From an uncultured Acidobacteriaceae bacterium (lineage in GTDB: Bacteria > Acidobacteriota > Terriglobia > Terriglobales > Acidobacteriaceae), in NCBI GenBank assembly GCA_963849545.1, contig CAWKID010000003.1:298016-362015 (forward strand): DNA of 64,000 bases, written 5' to 3'. Both the position numbers and the translations under genes were made by a program. A model generated the notes under the pieces. It searched no databases, was not told where the DNA came from, and saw only the letters and a list, made by a program, of their open reading frames with translations. Positions within the stretch are counted from its first letter, which is position 1; every line of letters starts with the position of its first letter. Of the stretch, positions 27,287 through 38,180 are shown piece by piece.

Positions 27287-30200
27287 CTATTTCTTCCGCT
27301 TCCGGATCAGCAGATCAAAGCTGACTACTCCGTTTTCATCGCGCATGCCTTCGAGGGTGTATTCGCTGTTGATGTTGTACTCGAATTGAATCACCTCCTG
27401 CGCAGAGCGCGCCAGGTTGGTGATATAGGTGAGAGTGATGTTGTTCGACACTTGCTGCTCGATGGTCAGGCGAGCGTTGGGATCGTTATCCACGCCGCCG
27501 ACTGACGGGTTGATGCGAATGGAACTTGAGCCGAAGATCTTCGAGACGCGATTGGTAAGCGTCTGATTCAAGGCGGCGCTTAGCAGCGCACCCGAAGCCC
27601 CCTGTCCTGGGCTCGGTGACGACGCCCCTCCCATGGCATTCTCCGTTTGCGTCTTGCCAAATGCCAGCAGCGAGATGATATCGTCGCTCGACAGCGGTGG
27701 ATCGGAGCGATAGGTAGTATTCAGTCGCTCCAGCGTGCCGTGCAGGCCGATGGTAATGTCATAGTCGCGCACTCGCGTGGTCGCTTCCACGTCCAGCACC
27801 GGATCGATACGCACCGGGTCGATGAAGGTAATATCACCGCGTTCCAGGTGATACTTCGTTCCAGCCAGCTTTATGTCGCCCTCGGCGATGTTGACGCGTC
27901 CCAACAGTACCGGGTTTGCAGCGGTGCCGCGCAAGCGAAGATCGACATCACCCGACAACTTCGCCAGCGAGGTCTGCACCGTCAGCTCCGGCGTGGAAAG
28001 AATTCGCACCTCGAGGTGCAGGTTGTTCAGTGGCGACTTCGGATTGCGGATGCGCGCCGGCGATTCAGCCTGGGCGAACAGCGACGAGAGGTCGGCCGTG
28101 GGGATCTGCGCGAAACGCGTGACCGTGATGTTGCCGGTCACCATCGCACTCTGCAGCGTTCCGGTCATGCGCAGCGACTGGTCCGACGTGACACTGATTC
28201 CGGAATAACGGAAGCGAATGTCGTTGCCGTTCATGTCCAGGTTGAAGCCAATCGTGCGGCCGTAGCTGATGAAGCCTCCGAGCTTCATGTGACCGCCGCC
28301 TATGCGGCCGGAAACGTTCTCCAGTTCCAGACGGTCCTGATTGAAAACGAGCGAGCCGTTCACGTCGCCGAAGCCAAGCGGCAGGTCGATGGTCGACAGC
28401 CCGGCGTGCTGCACGTCCACCCGTCCCGATATCTGCGGTTCGTGCATGGTGCCGTAGATCTTCACGTTGACATCGGCAATACCGTAGGAGGTGAAACTCG
28501 CATCCAGCGTCTCGGCCAGTTTCAGGTTGAGCGCCCCATTCGCGTGCAAGTCGAGCGGACGATCGCTCTTGAAGCTCGCGGTCCCCGTCAATGTAAAGTG
28601 TGTGTCATCGCTGACCAGGGTGCAACGCTGCACGCTGACAACCTCATTCGCGAGGGTCAACTCAATGGCCCCATCGCTCTTTAAAGCGACATGCTCGACT
28701 TCGACGGAGAATTGCTGGATGTGCAGGCGCCCCGTGAGGAGCTCGGGCTTCTTGAACGGGCCGGACAGTTCGGCCTCGCCATCCAGCGAAGCGTGCTGCG
28801 TAACACCTGTGCGCACGCCGGCGGGCAGAAATGGATTGATGTCGAGGTTCGCAAACTTCAGCGTTGCGCTGCCGGGCATGTCGCCTTCAAGATCAACGTT
28901 GCCGTCAAGCGTAAAGCTCGCCTTGGGAAACTTCGAGCGGGCGGTCAGCGTGAGCTGACGCCCGCGAGTAACTGCATCGGCGATTAGGTTGCCGATGCGA
29001 TCGCCGTTCAGCACAAGACTGGCAATCTCCAGGTGCCCGTTCAACACTGGATGCTCCAGGGTGCCCGAGCCCTTGAGGGTGAAGTCGGCGACGCCGGCAG
29101 TCTGCAGGCGCTGCAACTGGATCTCCGGAATGTCAGACAGATCGATGCTTTGACCGCTGAGATCGAGCTTCCCTTCTTCGGTGTGGAAGTTGTAGGCCGC
29201 AGAGCCCGCGACGTTGCCGTGCGCCGCTTCCAGGTGAATGTCCTTTAGCTCAGCTTCGTGGTTGGCGAAGACGATTTTCGATGTGAAAACCTTGATTGGC
29301 CGGCCATGAGCTTCGCCGCCAGCCAGCGAGATGTGTCCCTGACCATGCGGATCGGCCAGAGTGCCGGCCGCCTGCACCGTGAAGTTCAGCTTGCCGCTGA
29401 GCGGATAGTCGGTACCAGCCGCGCGCTGCAGTTCGGTCACATCAGCGTCATGCACCGAAGCCTGCACGTGGAATTGCGAAGCGTCGCTGAATTCTCCCTT
29501 CTCGAGCGCAGCCGAACCGTCGATGTTCAGCCGGGCTTCGCCCTCACGGATAATCGCTTTGTGCAGCGCTACTTCCGATTGCGAATACTGCACGTCGCCC
29601 GAAAACTCGTCGACGTGAATGCGGCGCGCCGTAACCACCGGCGGCTGCGGCGGAGGAGCGGGGGCGCCCTTGGGATGCAACCACGAGCGATGCTTCTGGG
29701 GAGCAGCGGTGGTGGCAGTTACGGACTTTACCTGCTCCTGCTTCGGCGCCGGGGTGTAGATGTAACTGAAGTTCGTGGCCTCGAGGTGGCCGACGATCTG
29801 CGGAGCGCGCCAGCGACCGTTCAAGGTGCCATCGAAATTCAAGCTGCCGCCCACTTCAATCGGCATCGACGCGGCGCCCATTGAGGCCAGCAGGGGCTGG
29901 ACGTCGCTCAGGCTGGTTGTATTCGCTTTCAACGCGAGCCCGACCGTGGTCGATCCCATCCAGCCGCTGGCGCTGAGCTGCGTGTGCGGAGCTGTGAGAT
30001 TCAGCGTCGTAAGGTCAGTGCGTCCCGAGGCCGCGTTGTAGCGTCCGCGCACATTGCCATTGATGGGTAGCTGATTGCCCGCGACTTGCGTGGGAGCCGC
30101 AATGTCGAGAGCGATATTGGCAACGGCGTTAGCAATCGACTGCTTCCAGGCAAGGTTCACGGAGCCGTTCACTCGGCCTGCCGCGTTCAGTCTGTCGAGC

Positions 30201-31459
30201 GGCATCGAACGAGTGGAGAAGACGCGGGCCAATTCGTTCACTGATAATCCGCGGGCATGCAAATTTGCGGTGCCCTGCTGATCAGTCGTGTTCGGGGCCG
30301 TCGCCAGAGCTGCGCGCTTTCCGGTGCGCTTGTCGGGCTTTGGCGGAGGCGTCGGTTCGGGCTTCCGAGCAATGGACTGCACAACATTGCGAATGTCGGC
30401 GTCACCGGTGACTTCGCCACCCAGCATGCGAGCGGCGATGCGCGTCAATTGCAGGCGGTCGTCAGCAAACGAAAAGTTCGAATTCAGGTTCGCCCGGCGC
30501 AGAACAATTCCGCTGTCGGTGTAGTCGAGATCGCGCAGTCCAAAGGTTCCCGTCGAGGCAGGGCCCGCTGCTTCCGAATAGCTGACCGCGCCGCTCACCT
30601 GCAGCGCGCCTCCACGAAGCTGAGGATCGCGGATCACCGCTGCCACCTGCTTGAGATTGAATGAGCCACTATAGTTGCCATCAATCTGCGGTTTCTGGAA
30701 GTCGTTGAGCTTGCCACTGAACTGAAGCGTCGATTGCTCGGAAGTAAGCTTCAGAGACTTCACCTGAAAACTGTTGGACCACAGGCTGAGCTGCAAGTCG
30801 GCGGAGGCAGGCACGTCGCGGAAATCCGCATACTTCAGGTCTATCTTGCCCACCGCGATGCTGCCGTCATAGCGCTTGGCCAGCGAGTCGTACGTCATCT
30901 GCGCGAACAGATCGTTGGCAGCGAAATCCAGCGGCAGCTTGTGCTCATTGATGAGTAACAGGCCATCGCGCAGATCGGCGCGCGCAATCGCCAAGTCGAA
31001 GAGCTCCTGCACCGGAGTCTTGTTGCTCTCAATCTTTACCTTCGGCTCCGGCGCATTGGTGGAGCCATCGGCGTTGACGATGACGTGAATGACCGGATGC
31101 TCGAGCTCAATCGATTTCAGGCTGACCTGACGCTCCAGGAACGAGATGATGTGAATCCGAATGAGAGCGCGGTCGACGTGCGCGTAGGGCAACTGATCCG
31201 GCGGCTCCAGGCCATGGACGGTAAGATCGTTCGCCTCGAACGACAGGCGGCGCAGATTCCATTTGAACGATGCCATCTCCACTCGGCCACCGGTTGCATC
31301 CTCGATGGTCTCAACGACTTTGAGACGCACGAACTCCGCGAAGTACGGGCTCTTCACAAACCAGCCAAGCCCGATGAAGATTGCGAGCACGCACACTCCG
31401 ACCGTGGCTTCAATCCACAGGCGCTTGCGCGAGCGCGTTTTCTTCGTTTCGTCGGTCAT
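27287..31459 (-). CDS. tamB: translocation and assembly module protein TamB (DUF490 C-terminus)
   Basis: 1390-aa intact ORF. N-terminal anchor helix (WIEATVGVCVLAIFIGLGWF), a long beta-rich body, and a C-terminal block ...LLAFGKTQ...RINPSVGG...LTIEQQVSNNITLTYITNL...EYNINSEYTLEG typical of TamB. Confidence 0.9.
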   Translation of the reverse strand: MTDETKKTRSRKRLWIEATVGVCVLAIFIGLGWFVKSPYFAEFVRLKVVETIEDATGGRVEMASFKWNLRRLSFEANDLTVHGLEPPDQLPYAHVDRALIRIHIISFLERQVSLKSIELEHPVIHVIVNADGSTNAPEPKVKIESNKTPVQELFDLAIARADLRDGLLLINEHKLPLDFAANDLFAQMTYDSLAKRYDGSIAVGKIDLKYADFRDVPASADLQLSLWSNSFQVKSLKLTSEQSTLQFSGKLNDFQKPQIDGNYSGSFNLKQVAAVIRDPQLRGGALQVSGAVSYSEAAGPASTGTFGLRDLDYTDSGIVLRRANLNSNFSFADDRLQLTRIAARMLGGEVTGDADIRNVVQSIARKPEPTPPPKPDKRTGKRAALATAPNTTDQQGTANLHARGLSVNELARVFSTRSMPLDRLNAAGRVNGSVNLAWKQSIANAVANIALDIAAPTQVAGNQLPINGNVRGRYNAASGRTDLTTLNLTAPHTQLSASGWMGSTTVGLALKANTTSLSDVQPLLASMGAASMPIEVGGSLNFDGTLNGRWRAPQIVGHLEATNFSYIYTPAPKQEQVKSVTATTAAPQKHRSWLHPKGAPAPPPQPPVVTARRIHVDEFSGDVQYSQSEVALHKAIIREGEARLNIDGSAALEKGEFSDASQFHVQASVHDADVTELQRAAGTDYPLSGKLNFTVQAAGTLADPHGQGHISLAGGEAHGRPIKVFTSKIVFANHEAELKDIHLEAAHGNVAGSAAYNFHTEEGKLDLSGQSIDLSDIPEIQLQRLQTAGVADFTLKGSGTLEHPVLNGHLEIASLVLNGDRIGNLIADAVTRGRQLTLTARSKFPKASFTLDGNVDLEGDMPGSATLKFANLDINPFLPAGVRTGVTQHASLDGEAELSGPFKKPELLTGRLHIQQFSVEVEHVALKSDGAIELTLANEVVSVQRCTLVSDDTHFTLTGTASFKSDRPLDLHANGALNLKLAETLDASFTSYGIADVNVKIYGTMHEPQISGRVDVQHAGLSTIDLPLGFGDVNGSLVFNQDRLELENVSGRIGGGHMKLGGFISYGRTIGFNLDMNGNDIRFRYSGISVTSDQSLRMTGTLQSAMVTGNITVTRFAQIPTADLSSLFAQAESPARIRNPKSPLNNLHLEVRILSTPELTVQTSLAKLSGDVDLRLRGTAANPVLLGRVNIAEGDIKLAGTKYHLERGDITFIDPVRIDPVLDVEATTRVRDYDITIGLHGTLERLNTTYRSDPPLSSDDIISLLAFGKTQTENAMGGASSPSPGQGASGALLSAALNQTLTNRVSKIFGSSSIRINPSVGGVDNDPNARLTIEQQVSNNITLTYITNLARSAQEVIQFEYNINSEYTLEGMRDENGVVSFDLLIRKRKK

Positions 31460-31462
31460 GAT

Positions 31463-32178
31463 TCAGTTCGAGCCCGAGGCCCTCGGTGTTCCCTCCGGAG
31501 CGTTGACCCCGGGAATGACAACGTTGCTTTCGATCTCAGCCTGCTGCCGCAGATTGTGCAGCCACGCATCGAGCATCTCGTCCATGCGCTGCTGCGTGAG
31601 CAACTCGCGGATGCGTGGAGCCACGTCAGGCAGCGCGACAACCGTCCCGCCGGTCTTCTCCAAGTCGGGAATCAACTGGTTACGGTAGTAGGCTTCAACG
31701 TCTTCCTCCTGCACGTGAACCGCAGGACGCAAGCGCACTTCGATGAAGTTCATCGTTTGAAACTCGATCCGCAGATGCTCCTTCAGCTGCGCCTCGTTCA
31801 ATCCGTACCGGCCCAGCAGGTCCCGCCACGCCAGGTCGTCCTTGCCGTTTGGCACCTGCGCCGCGCACTTTGTCGATGTCCTGCTGCAACGCGTCGTCCT
31901 TGGGCTGCATGTAGGCGGCGTCGCCCATCTGCGCCTTCAATAGCTGGCGATCGATCAGGTGCTGCAGCGCGAGCACGTGGTCGGCTTCGCTTAAGTCGGT
32001 CAGTCGTCTTCTGCTGCATGAAAGCTTCAAAGCGAACCGCCTCGTCCCAATCGCTGCGCAGAATCGGCTGACGATTCACCGTCGCCACGATGCCATCAAT
32101 CACGTCGCCCGCAAACACCGGCAGCGCCACGCTGAACAACAGCGCACAACAAATCGCGAAATGGAAAATTCGTTTCAT
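31463..32178 (-). pseudogene. SurA N-terminal-domain-like periplasmic chaperone, two +1 frameshifts
   Basis: MKRIFHFAICCALLFSVALPVFAGDVIDGIVATVNRQPILRSDWDEAVRFEAFMQQK (ORF 31798..32178). Then LTDLSEADHVLALQHLIDRQLLKAQMGDAAYMQPKDDALQQDIDKV (31695..32030). Then NGKDDLAWRDLLGRYGLNEAQLKEHLRIEFQTMNFIEVRLRP... (31463..31855). Confidence 0.6.
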
Positions 32179-35100
32179 CAGAAAGTTTGTCCAATACTGA
32201 AAAACACGTTGATCCGTCGCAGCGACAGCGTCTGGTCTGTCTCCTGCACCGGATAGCGTGTCGGGTTTAAGGCATAGCCAAGATCGAAGCGCACCGGGCC
32301 GACAGGCGTCTTGTAACGAATACCCATGCCCAGCGCTTGTGAGTCATAGTTGAAGTTGCATGGAATCTTGCTGTTGGGCACCGAGCACTCGGCGATCGAC
32401 GGCTGATGAAAGCGCAGCATTCCGCTGATGATGTGGTTTGCCGTATCGAAGACATTGCCCATGTCGTGGAAGAAGACGAACCCCAGATTGTTGCCTACGT
32501 ACGGCAGCGCAACGGGCGGCGTGCGAATTTCAATGTTGTTAACAAACAGCCCCTGCCCACCGATCGCGTAGCCCGTCTGCGGATCGCGCGGGCCGGCCTG
32601 GTTGATGGAGAAGCTGCGCAGCGAATTGCTGCCGCCGGCGAAGAACAATTCCGGCAGCGGAATCTGGGTCGCTTCCACCGGCAGATTGCTGTCGGGCGGC
32701 AGCACGATGAAGTTGTTCGTGCCATACGGCTTCTCGATGCCGATCTGCGTGCGACGCGCCAGCACCCAGTGCTTGCCGAAGGTGTAATAGGTCGAATTGT
32801 CCAGCAGCACGCGCCCGAAGTTCGTTTCCGAGCCCAGCGCGCTGGTGGCCAGCCCCAGGTTCAGCGCGTTGTAACTCCCCTTCGTCGGATTGATGGGATC
32901 GTCGCGACGGTCGCGCACCCCCGTGAACATCGGCATCGCGATGAATACCGGCTTCGAGTACAGCGCGATCAACGTGGGATCGATCACCAGGCTGTTGGGA
33001 TCGACCTTCACCCGCTGAAACGTCAGGCCATAGAGAAGCGTGGTAAAGCGGTTGTAGCGCTGCTCAGCCTGCACCGCGCCCTCCAGCCGTTCGGAGGCGA
33101 AGGTATTTACGTCGGCAGTGTTGTCGTACAGCGCGGTGAAAATGATCCGCCAGTTCTCGCGATGAAACAGCCGCGGCGCATCGTAGCTGATCAGACCCCG
33201 GCGCGTCAGCAGGCCAAGCCGGCCGCGGAAGGTGAAGGTCTGGTCGCGCCCAAACAGGTTCAGACGCGTGATCTCCAGCACACCGATCGGACTGACGCCG
33301 GTTTTTCCGTTGCGGATTACTGGTCGTCGGGATGTTGCCGGTCGCGAACTCGATGCCACCGCCGTAACGGAAGGTCCAACGCCGCGACTCCTGGATGTTG
33401 AACAGCACGTCCTTGCTTGGCTCGATGCCCTCCGGGTTCTGCACCGCCATGTCGACTTCGTTGAACAGGCCCAGGTTGTACAGGCGACGCTGCGAGTCGA
33501 CCATCCGGCTCTGACTGAGTGGATCGTTAGGTCGAATGCGCATCTGCCGATTCACGATGTACGGCCGCGTGTAATTCAGTCCTGTCACCAGAACGCGGTC
33601 GACGAAGACACGCTGCACCTTCGCGTGATCTTGTAAATCACGTTCATGCGCTGCGGATTGTCCCGGCGCCGGCGTCGACGACGCCTCAAACTCCACATTC
33701 GGAAAGCCCTGGTTGTAGTAGTAATACGTAATCGCATCGCGATCGTTAGCGATGTTGGCCTCGCTGAACGGCTGCCCTTCTTCGTTGCTGAGGCTCGGCT
33801 CCAGGGCCTCCAGGTTGACGCTGGTTGCGCCCTCCACCGTCAGTCTGCCGACCAGCGTCTGCGGACCTTCTTCGATCTTGAGCAGCACCTCCATCTCGTT
33901 TTGCTTGCCCTGGTAGTCGTCGATCAACTCGCCGTTGACCTTCACCTCCAGAAACCCGTTGGCCAGGTACAGATACTTGATCGAGCTGACATCCTCGGCC
34001 AGCAACTGCTGGCTGAAGCGGCCGTTGCGCATCACAAAGCTCGATGGCTCAACCGCCATCCGCTCGCGAATGGCTTCGGTGTTGAAGTACTTGTTGCCTT
34101 CCACCTTCACCGCCACCAGTTTGTGGCGCACGCCGGGATCGATCTTGTAGACGATGTCGAGATGGCTGTTTTGCGGATCGGGCTTACGTTCGACATCCAC
34201 CGTTGCGTCGAAATAGCCCTTCGTCTGCAGGTAGTCGCGCAGGTTGCGCCGGCCCTCGTTCAGCAAATCGTCGTCAACCGAGTTCTCCTGGTAGACCGGC
34301 ACCAGCTTCTTAAGCTGGCCCTTGCTGACGCCGTCACCTTCGGTCGCGATGTTGACCGTCGGCCCCTGCTCGACCTGGAAGACGTAGTCGAGCCGGTCGG
34401 TGTCCACGTGGTAGCGGCGATCGATCAGCGTGACCTGCGCCTCCAGGTGCTGCGTTCTTCTGGTAGTGCTTGCGCAAACGCTCCAGCGCCTTGGTCACGC
34501 GGTCGGTATTGACGCGCGCACCCTCCTTCAACTTGGTCAGGCTGCGCACCTGCTCGGCAGGAATGCCAGCATCGCCCTGGATGGTGACCGCTCCCACGCG
34601 CGCCAGGTCGCCTGGCACCACGTGGAAGTAGATTGCCATCTGATTGTCGCTGGGATTCGGCTTCAACGAGTACGTGATCACCGCTTCGTAGTAGCCGTTG
34701 TCGGCCATGATTTTCTTCATGCGATCGACGGAGCTGACTACCTTGTCTTCGGTGAAGACGTCTCCCAGGTCGAGCTGGCTGGCCGCAACCAGCTGGTGTG
34801 GCTTTGGATTTCCTTTTTGCGGCGTTCCGTCGACGGTGACCACTCCGTTGAAGTAGTTCTCCGTGACCACGAAGATCAGCCGGACGCGATCCTGCGAAAC
34901 CGGCTCGGCTTCCACACTCAGCGTGGCGAAGCGCCCGGTGGCGTACAGCGTCTTGATACTGGAGCGCAGCTTCTCGCGATCCAGCGGCTGGTCCACCTGC
35001 TGCGCCAGCAGCGGCCGCAGTCGCGCGGGATCGTTGCCGCTGATTCCACGGAAATCGATGCCTGTAACGGTCCAGCCGTCATATTTGTTGAGAGATCCGG

Positions 35101-35225
35101 TGGAGTAGGTGGCGTCCGATTGCGTCTGTGCCGGCGGCACCCGATGACTGCGCATGCGCCAATCCGCCCATGAGGCTGCAGGCAATCGCGAGCGTGCACA
35201 GCAATGGCGTCTTCGGCGTCTTCAA
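32178..35225 (-). pseudogene. bamA: Omp85-family outer membrane protein assembly factor BamA (multi-POTRA + beta-barrel), at least 6 +1 frameshifts
   Basis: TTG start MKTPKTPLLCTLAIACSLMGGLAHAQ (frame of ORF 35079..35324). POTRA-type blocks lie in ORFs 34334..35185 and 33064..34407 (VTGIDFRGI, VVTVDGTP, VGAVTIQGDAG, VAVKVEGNKYF, RLTVEGATS, VLVTGLNYTRPYIV). The barrel lies in 32178..33359, ending ..NVFFSIGQTF (terminal aromatic). The stop overlaps the next gene's ATG. Confidence 0.85.
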
Positions 35226-35421
35226 ACCCTGACCTTCAGCGCACCCGTTACCCGGTCGAAACTTCGCGCGCCCGGGCCTGCCAAGTCTCGTTGCCCACGC
35301 ACATGCGTGCTGAGCGCCGTGCAACTGCGGAGACTATCCTTCTCAGCCTGGGAAGGCTCACTTGAAGTGGAGTACCTATAATAAACAAGTACGCTCCCAG
35401 TGAGGAACTCAATCGGGGCCG

Positions 35422-36460
35422 GTGCCACCGGAGGTATCGCCGTTGTCGTTGTCCGAACGCTATTCCCGTCAGGTCTTGTTCCCGCCGATCGGCCAGGCTG
35501 GCCAGGCGCAACTGGCTAAAACCCGCATCGCCCTCGTCGGTTGCGGCGCCACCGGCTCGGCCCTGGCATCGCTGTTGTCTCGCGCTGGCGTCGGATATCT
35601 GCGCATTATCGATCGCGATTACGTAGAGCCCAGCAACCTTCAGCGGCAGGTGCTGTTCGACGAAGCTGACGCCGCCGAATCGCTGCCAAAGGCGATTGCC
35701 GCGGCCAGGAAGATCGCATCGTTCAATTCGGAGATCGACGGTCGAGCCGCACCCCGTCGACCTTACTCCTGACAATGTTGAAGATTTGTTCGGAGAAGTC
35801 GACATCATCCTCGACGGCACCGACAACTTCGAGACGCGATACCTGATCAACGACTTCGCCGTGCGGGAAGCTTTGCCCTGGATCTACGCCGCCGGAGTAG
35901 CAAGCTATGCGGTGACCATGACGATTCTGCCGGGTGACACCGCATGCCTGGCCTGCATCTTTCCGGAATCGCCTCGCGGCATCGTCGAGACCTGCGATAC
36001 GTCCGGCATTCTGAATTCGGCCGTGAACTTCGTCGCGTCCGTCGCCGCGACGGAGGCGATAAAGCTGGCCGTCGGCGCCCGCGATAAGCTTCGTCGTACG
36101 CTGCTGTCGTACGACGTTTGGACCAACGACTACGCATCGGTGAAGACCGAGAAGCCGCGAGCCGATTGCCGCTGCTGCCGGCAGCGCGACTTCATGCACC
36201 TGGCCGGAGAAGGCCGCCCTCACATTTCGATGTGCGGAAGAAACTCAGTGCAGATCCACGAGCGCCAGCGGCCAATCAACTTTGAAGAGATGACGACACG
36301 ATTGTCGCCGCACGGCACGGTGAAGCATACGGAGTTTCTGCTGAAGTTCTGGCATGACCCCTACGAGATGACGCTGTTCCCCGACGGAAGAGCGATCATC
36401 AAGGGCACCACGGACACGGCCATCGCAAGAAGCTTGTATGCGCGCTATGTGGGCTCGTAA
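35422..36460 (+). pseudogene. ThiF/MoeB/HesA-family E1-like adenylyltransferase (long, B. subtilis ThiF-like form), one +1 frameshift near 35735
   Basis: RYSRQVLFPPIGQAGQAQLAKTRIALVGCGATGSALASLLSRAGVGYLRIIDRDYVEPSNLQRQ, then after the shift VEPHPVDLTPDNVEDLFGEVDIILDGTDNFETRYLINDF...CLACIFPE...CDTSGIL. An extra G in ATCGACG explains the break. Confidence 0.8.
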
Positions 36461-36487
36461 GAAAGCAGTTGTCGTGCGTCCGCTTAG

Positions 36488-36706
36488 CCTTGGGTGGAGC
36501 ACCGCTTCAGCGGTGCAGCTTCACACACACAACAACCTTGGCTTTAGCCGCTGCGGTAACGTCTTACGTCAGGCGCTAAAGCCGGGTGCCCCATCCTCCT
36601 CGCCCGCATTTGGCGAGAGGGCGGGTCCGCTGACCTTGAGTGGAGCACCGCTTCAGCGGTGCAGCTTCACACAACAGCAACCCCGGCTTTAGCCGCTGCG
36701 GTAACG
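36488..36706. repeat. family-C repeat, two direct copies (36488..36561 and 36634..36705)
   Basis: CCTTG(G/A)GTGGAGCACCGCTTCAGCGGTGCAGCTTCACAC...GGCTTTAGCCGCTGCGGTAACG occurs twice. Internal hairpin CACCGC-TTCA-GCGGTG. A third, diverged fragment is at 52018..52050. Confidence 0.8.
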
Positions 36707-37013
36707 CCGGGCGGGCCCCAAAAGTAAAAAGCCAGGAAGGAGAAGTCTCCTTGCCTGACTTGATGAATTCATTGTAGCACATTCAGGTAGTAATTTGGCG
36801 CAAAAACGGCGAATTATATCAGCCTTGCACGCAGTCGGTTACAAGGATTTCGTCACCATCGTGGGGATTGACACGACTTTCCCGAATCGAGAATTCGCGC
36901 CCCCAACCGCAAGTTTTCCCGTAGGCCCTTCGCGCCCGAGAACCGCTGTCCGTTTCAACCACAGGAACGCGATATACTCATCCGCCAAACACCCAACATT
37001 GGAGACGAAACTT

Positions 37014-38039
37014 ATGCACGCGGAAGGACAAGCCAGCGCCCCCGTTACCCCGGTTGTTATTTTCGAGAACCTAATGGCCTACCAGCGCACATTCGCTTTG
37101 AAGGCCGCCATCGATCTCGACATCTTCCGAGCCATCGGACAAGGGCCGGGCGACCTCGCTTCCATCGCGCGCCACGCTAAGGCCTCGGAGCGCGGCACTC
37201 GCATTCTCTGCGATTTCCTGGTCGTTGCCGGTCTGCTGCAAAAAGAGAACGGTCTCTATCGGCACACGCCCGCAAGCGCAGCCTTTCTCGATCCGGCTTC
37301 GCCGACCTGCCTTGCCCCAATCTCGCGCTTTCTGGCGAACTCTTCGATGCATGAGCCATACCAACATCTGGCCGAGATCGTTCGTACGGGACGAACCGTG
37401 TTGCCCGGAGCCGGCTCGGTCGAACCGGAAAATCCTGTCTGGGTCGAGTTCGCGCAAAGCATGGCTCCCATGATGGCGGGACTCGCCGGGCCCTTGGCGT
37501 CGACGGCACTCGAGGGACGCACCGGGCCCATGCGCGTATTGGACATCGCCGCCGGCCACGGACTGTTCGGCATTGAGGTCGCAAAGCACAATCCGCAGGC
37601 GCACGTAACCGGCGTGGACTGGGCGCCGGTTCTGGAGGTCGCACTGGAGAACGCGAAGAAGGCAGGCGTGCAGGATCGCTACGACATGCTGCCGGGCAGC
37701 GCTTTCGAGGTTGACTTCGGCGGCCCGTATGACCTGGTGCTGCTCACCAACTTCATGCACCACTTCGATCCCGATACCAACGTCGTGCTGCTGAAGAAAA
37801 TCCGCAGTGCGCTAAAGCCCGCCGGCTCGGTAGCCACGCTGGAATTTGTTCCCAACGAGGACCGTGTCTCACCGCCCCAGCCCGCAATGTTCAGCATGAC
37901 CATGCTGGCAGCCACGGTTGGCGGTGATGCCTACACCTTCCGCGAACTCTCCGACATGCACCGCCGCGCCGGCTTCAACACTATAAGCCAGCATCCGGTG
38001 CCGATGAGCCCGCATACCGTGGTCATGGCAAGCGTGTAG
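37014..38039 (+). CDS. class I SAM-dependent O-methyltransferase (dimerisation domain + MT domain)
   Basis: ATG at 37014 after GGAGA. An N-terminal winged-helix-like dimerisation part, then the SAM motif VLDIAAGHGLFG and later DLVLLTNFMHHF, as in small-molecule O-methyltransferases. Confidence 0.85.
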   Translation: MHAEGQASAPVTPVVIFENLMAYQRTFALKAAIDLDIFRAIGQGPGDLASIARHAKASERGTRILCDFLVVAGLLQKENGLYRHTPASAAFLDPASPTCLAPISRFLANSSMHEPYQHLAEIVRTGRTVLPGAGSVEPENPVWVEFAQSMAPMMAGLAGPLASTALEGRTGPMRVLDIAAGHGLFGIEVAKHNPQAHVTGVDWAPVLEVALENAKKAGVQDRYDMLPGSAFEVDFGGPYDLVLLTNFMHHFDPDTNVVLLKKIRSALKPAGSVATLEFVPNEDRVSPPQPAMFSMTMLAATVGGDAYTFRELSDMHRRAGFNTISQHPVPMSPHTVVMASV

Positions 38040-38180
38040 GCGGCAATTAGTGCATAGGAGATAGTGAATCCGAGCGGCTGCCCCGCTCATTCGCGATTTT
38101 CGAATGAGTGCGAGCTGCGCTAGTCGCTAGTTGCAGCTTCTGATATCGTTGCAGCTTCATCCGAAACGAGGCTGCCCTGA

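Noticed and set aside
27647-30664. Several long + strand ORFs (for example 27647..28684, 345 aa; 29258..29884) inside tamB
   Set aside because: All lie antisense to an uninterrupted 1390-aa TamB ORF. They have Arg/His/Val-rich low-information sequence typical of high-GC antisense frames.
32406-35173. Long + strand ORFs (32406..33401, 33646..34512, 34430..35173) opposite bamA
   Set aside because: Same antisense artefact. The minus strand carries POTRA and Omp85 barrel motifs across the three +1-linked fragments.
35226-35421. Possible TPP riboswitch or structured leader upstream of the ThiF-like gene
   Set aside because: It contains a GCTGAG...CTCAGC hairpin, but lacks the conserved TPP aptamer elements as I remember them (CUGAGA ... 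ACCUGAUCUGGAUAAUGCCAGCG-like core). The region also holds the divergent bamA promoter.
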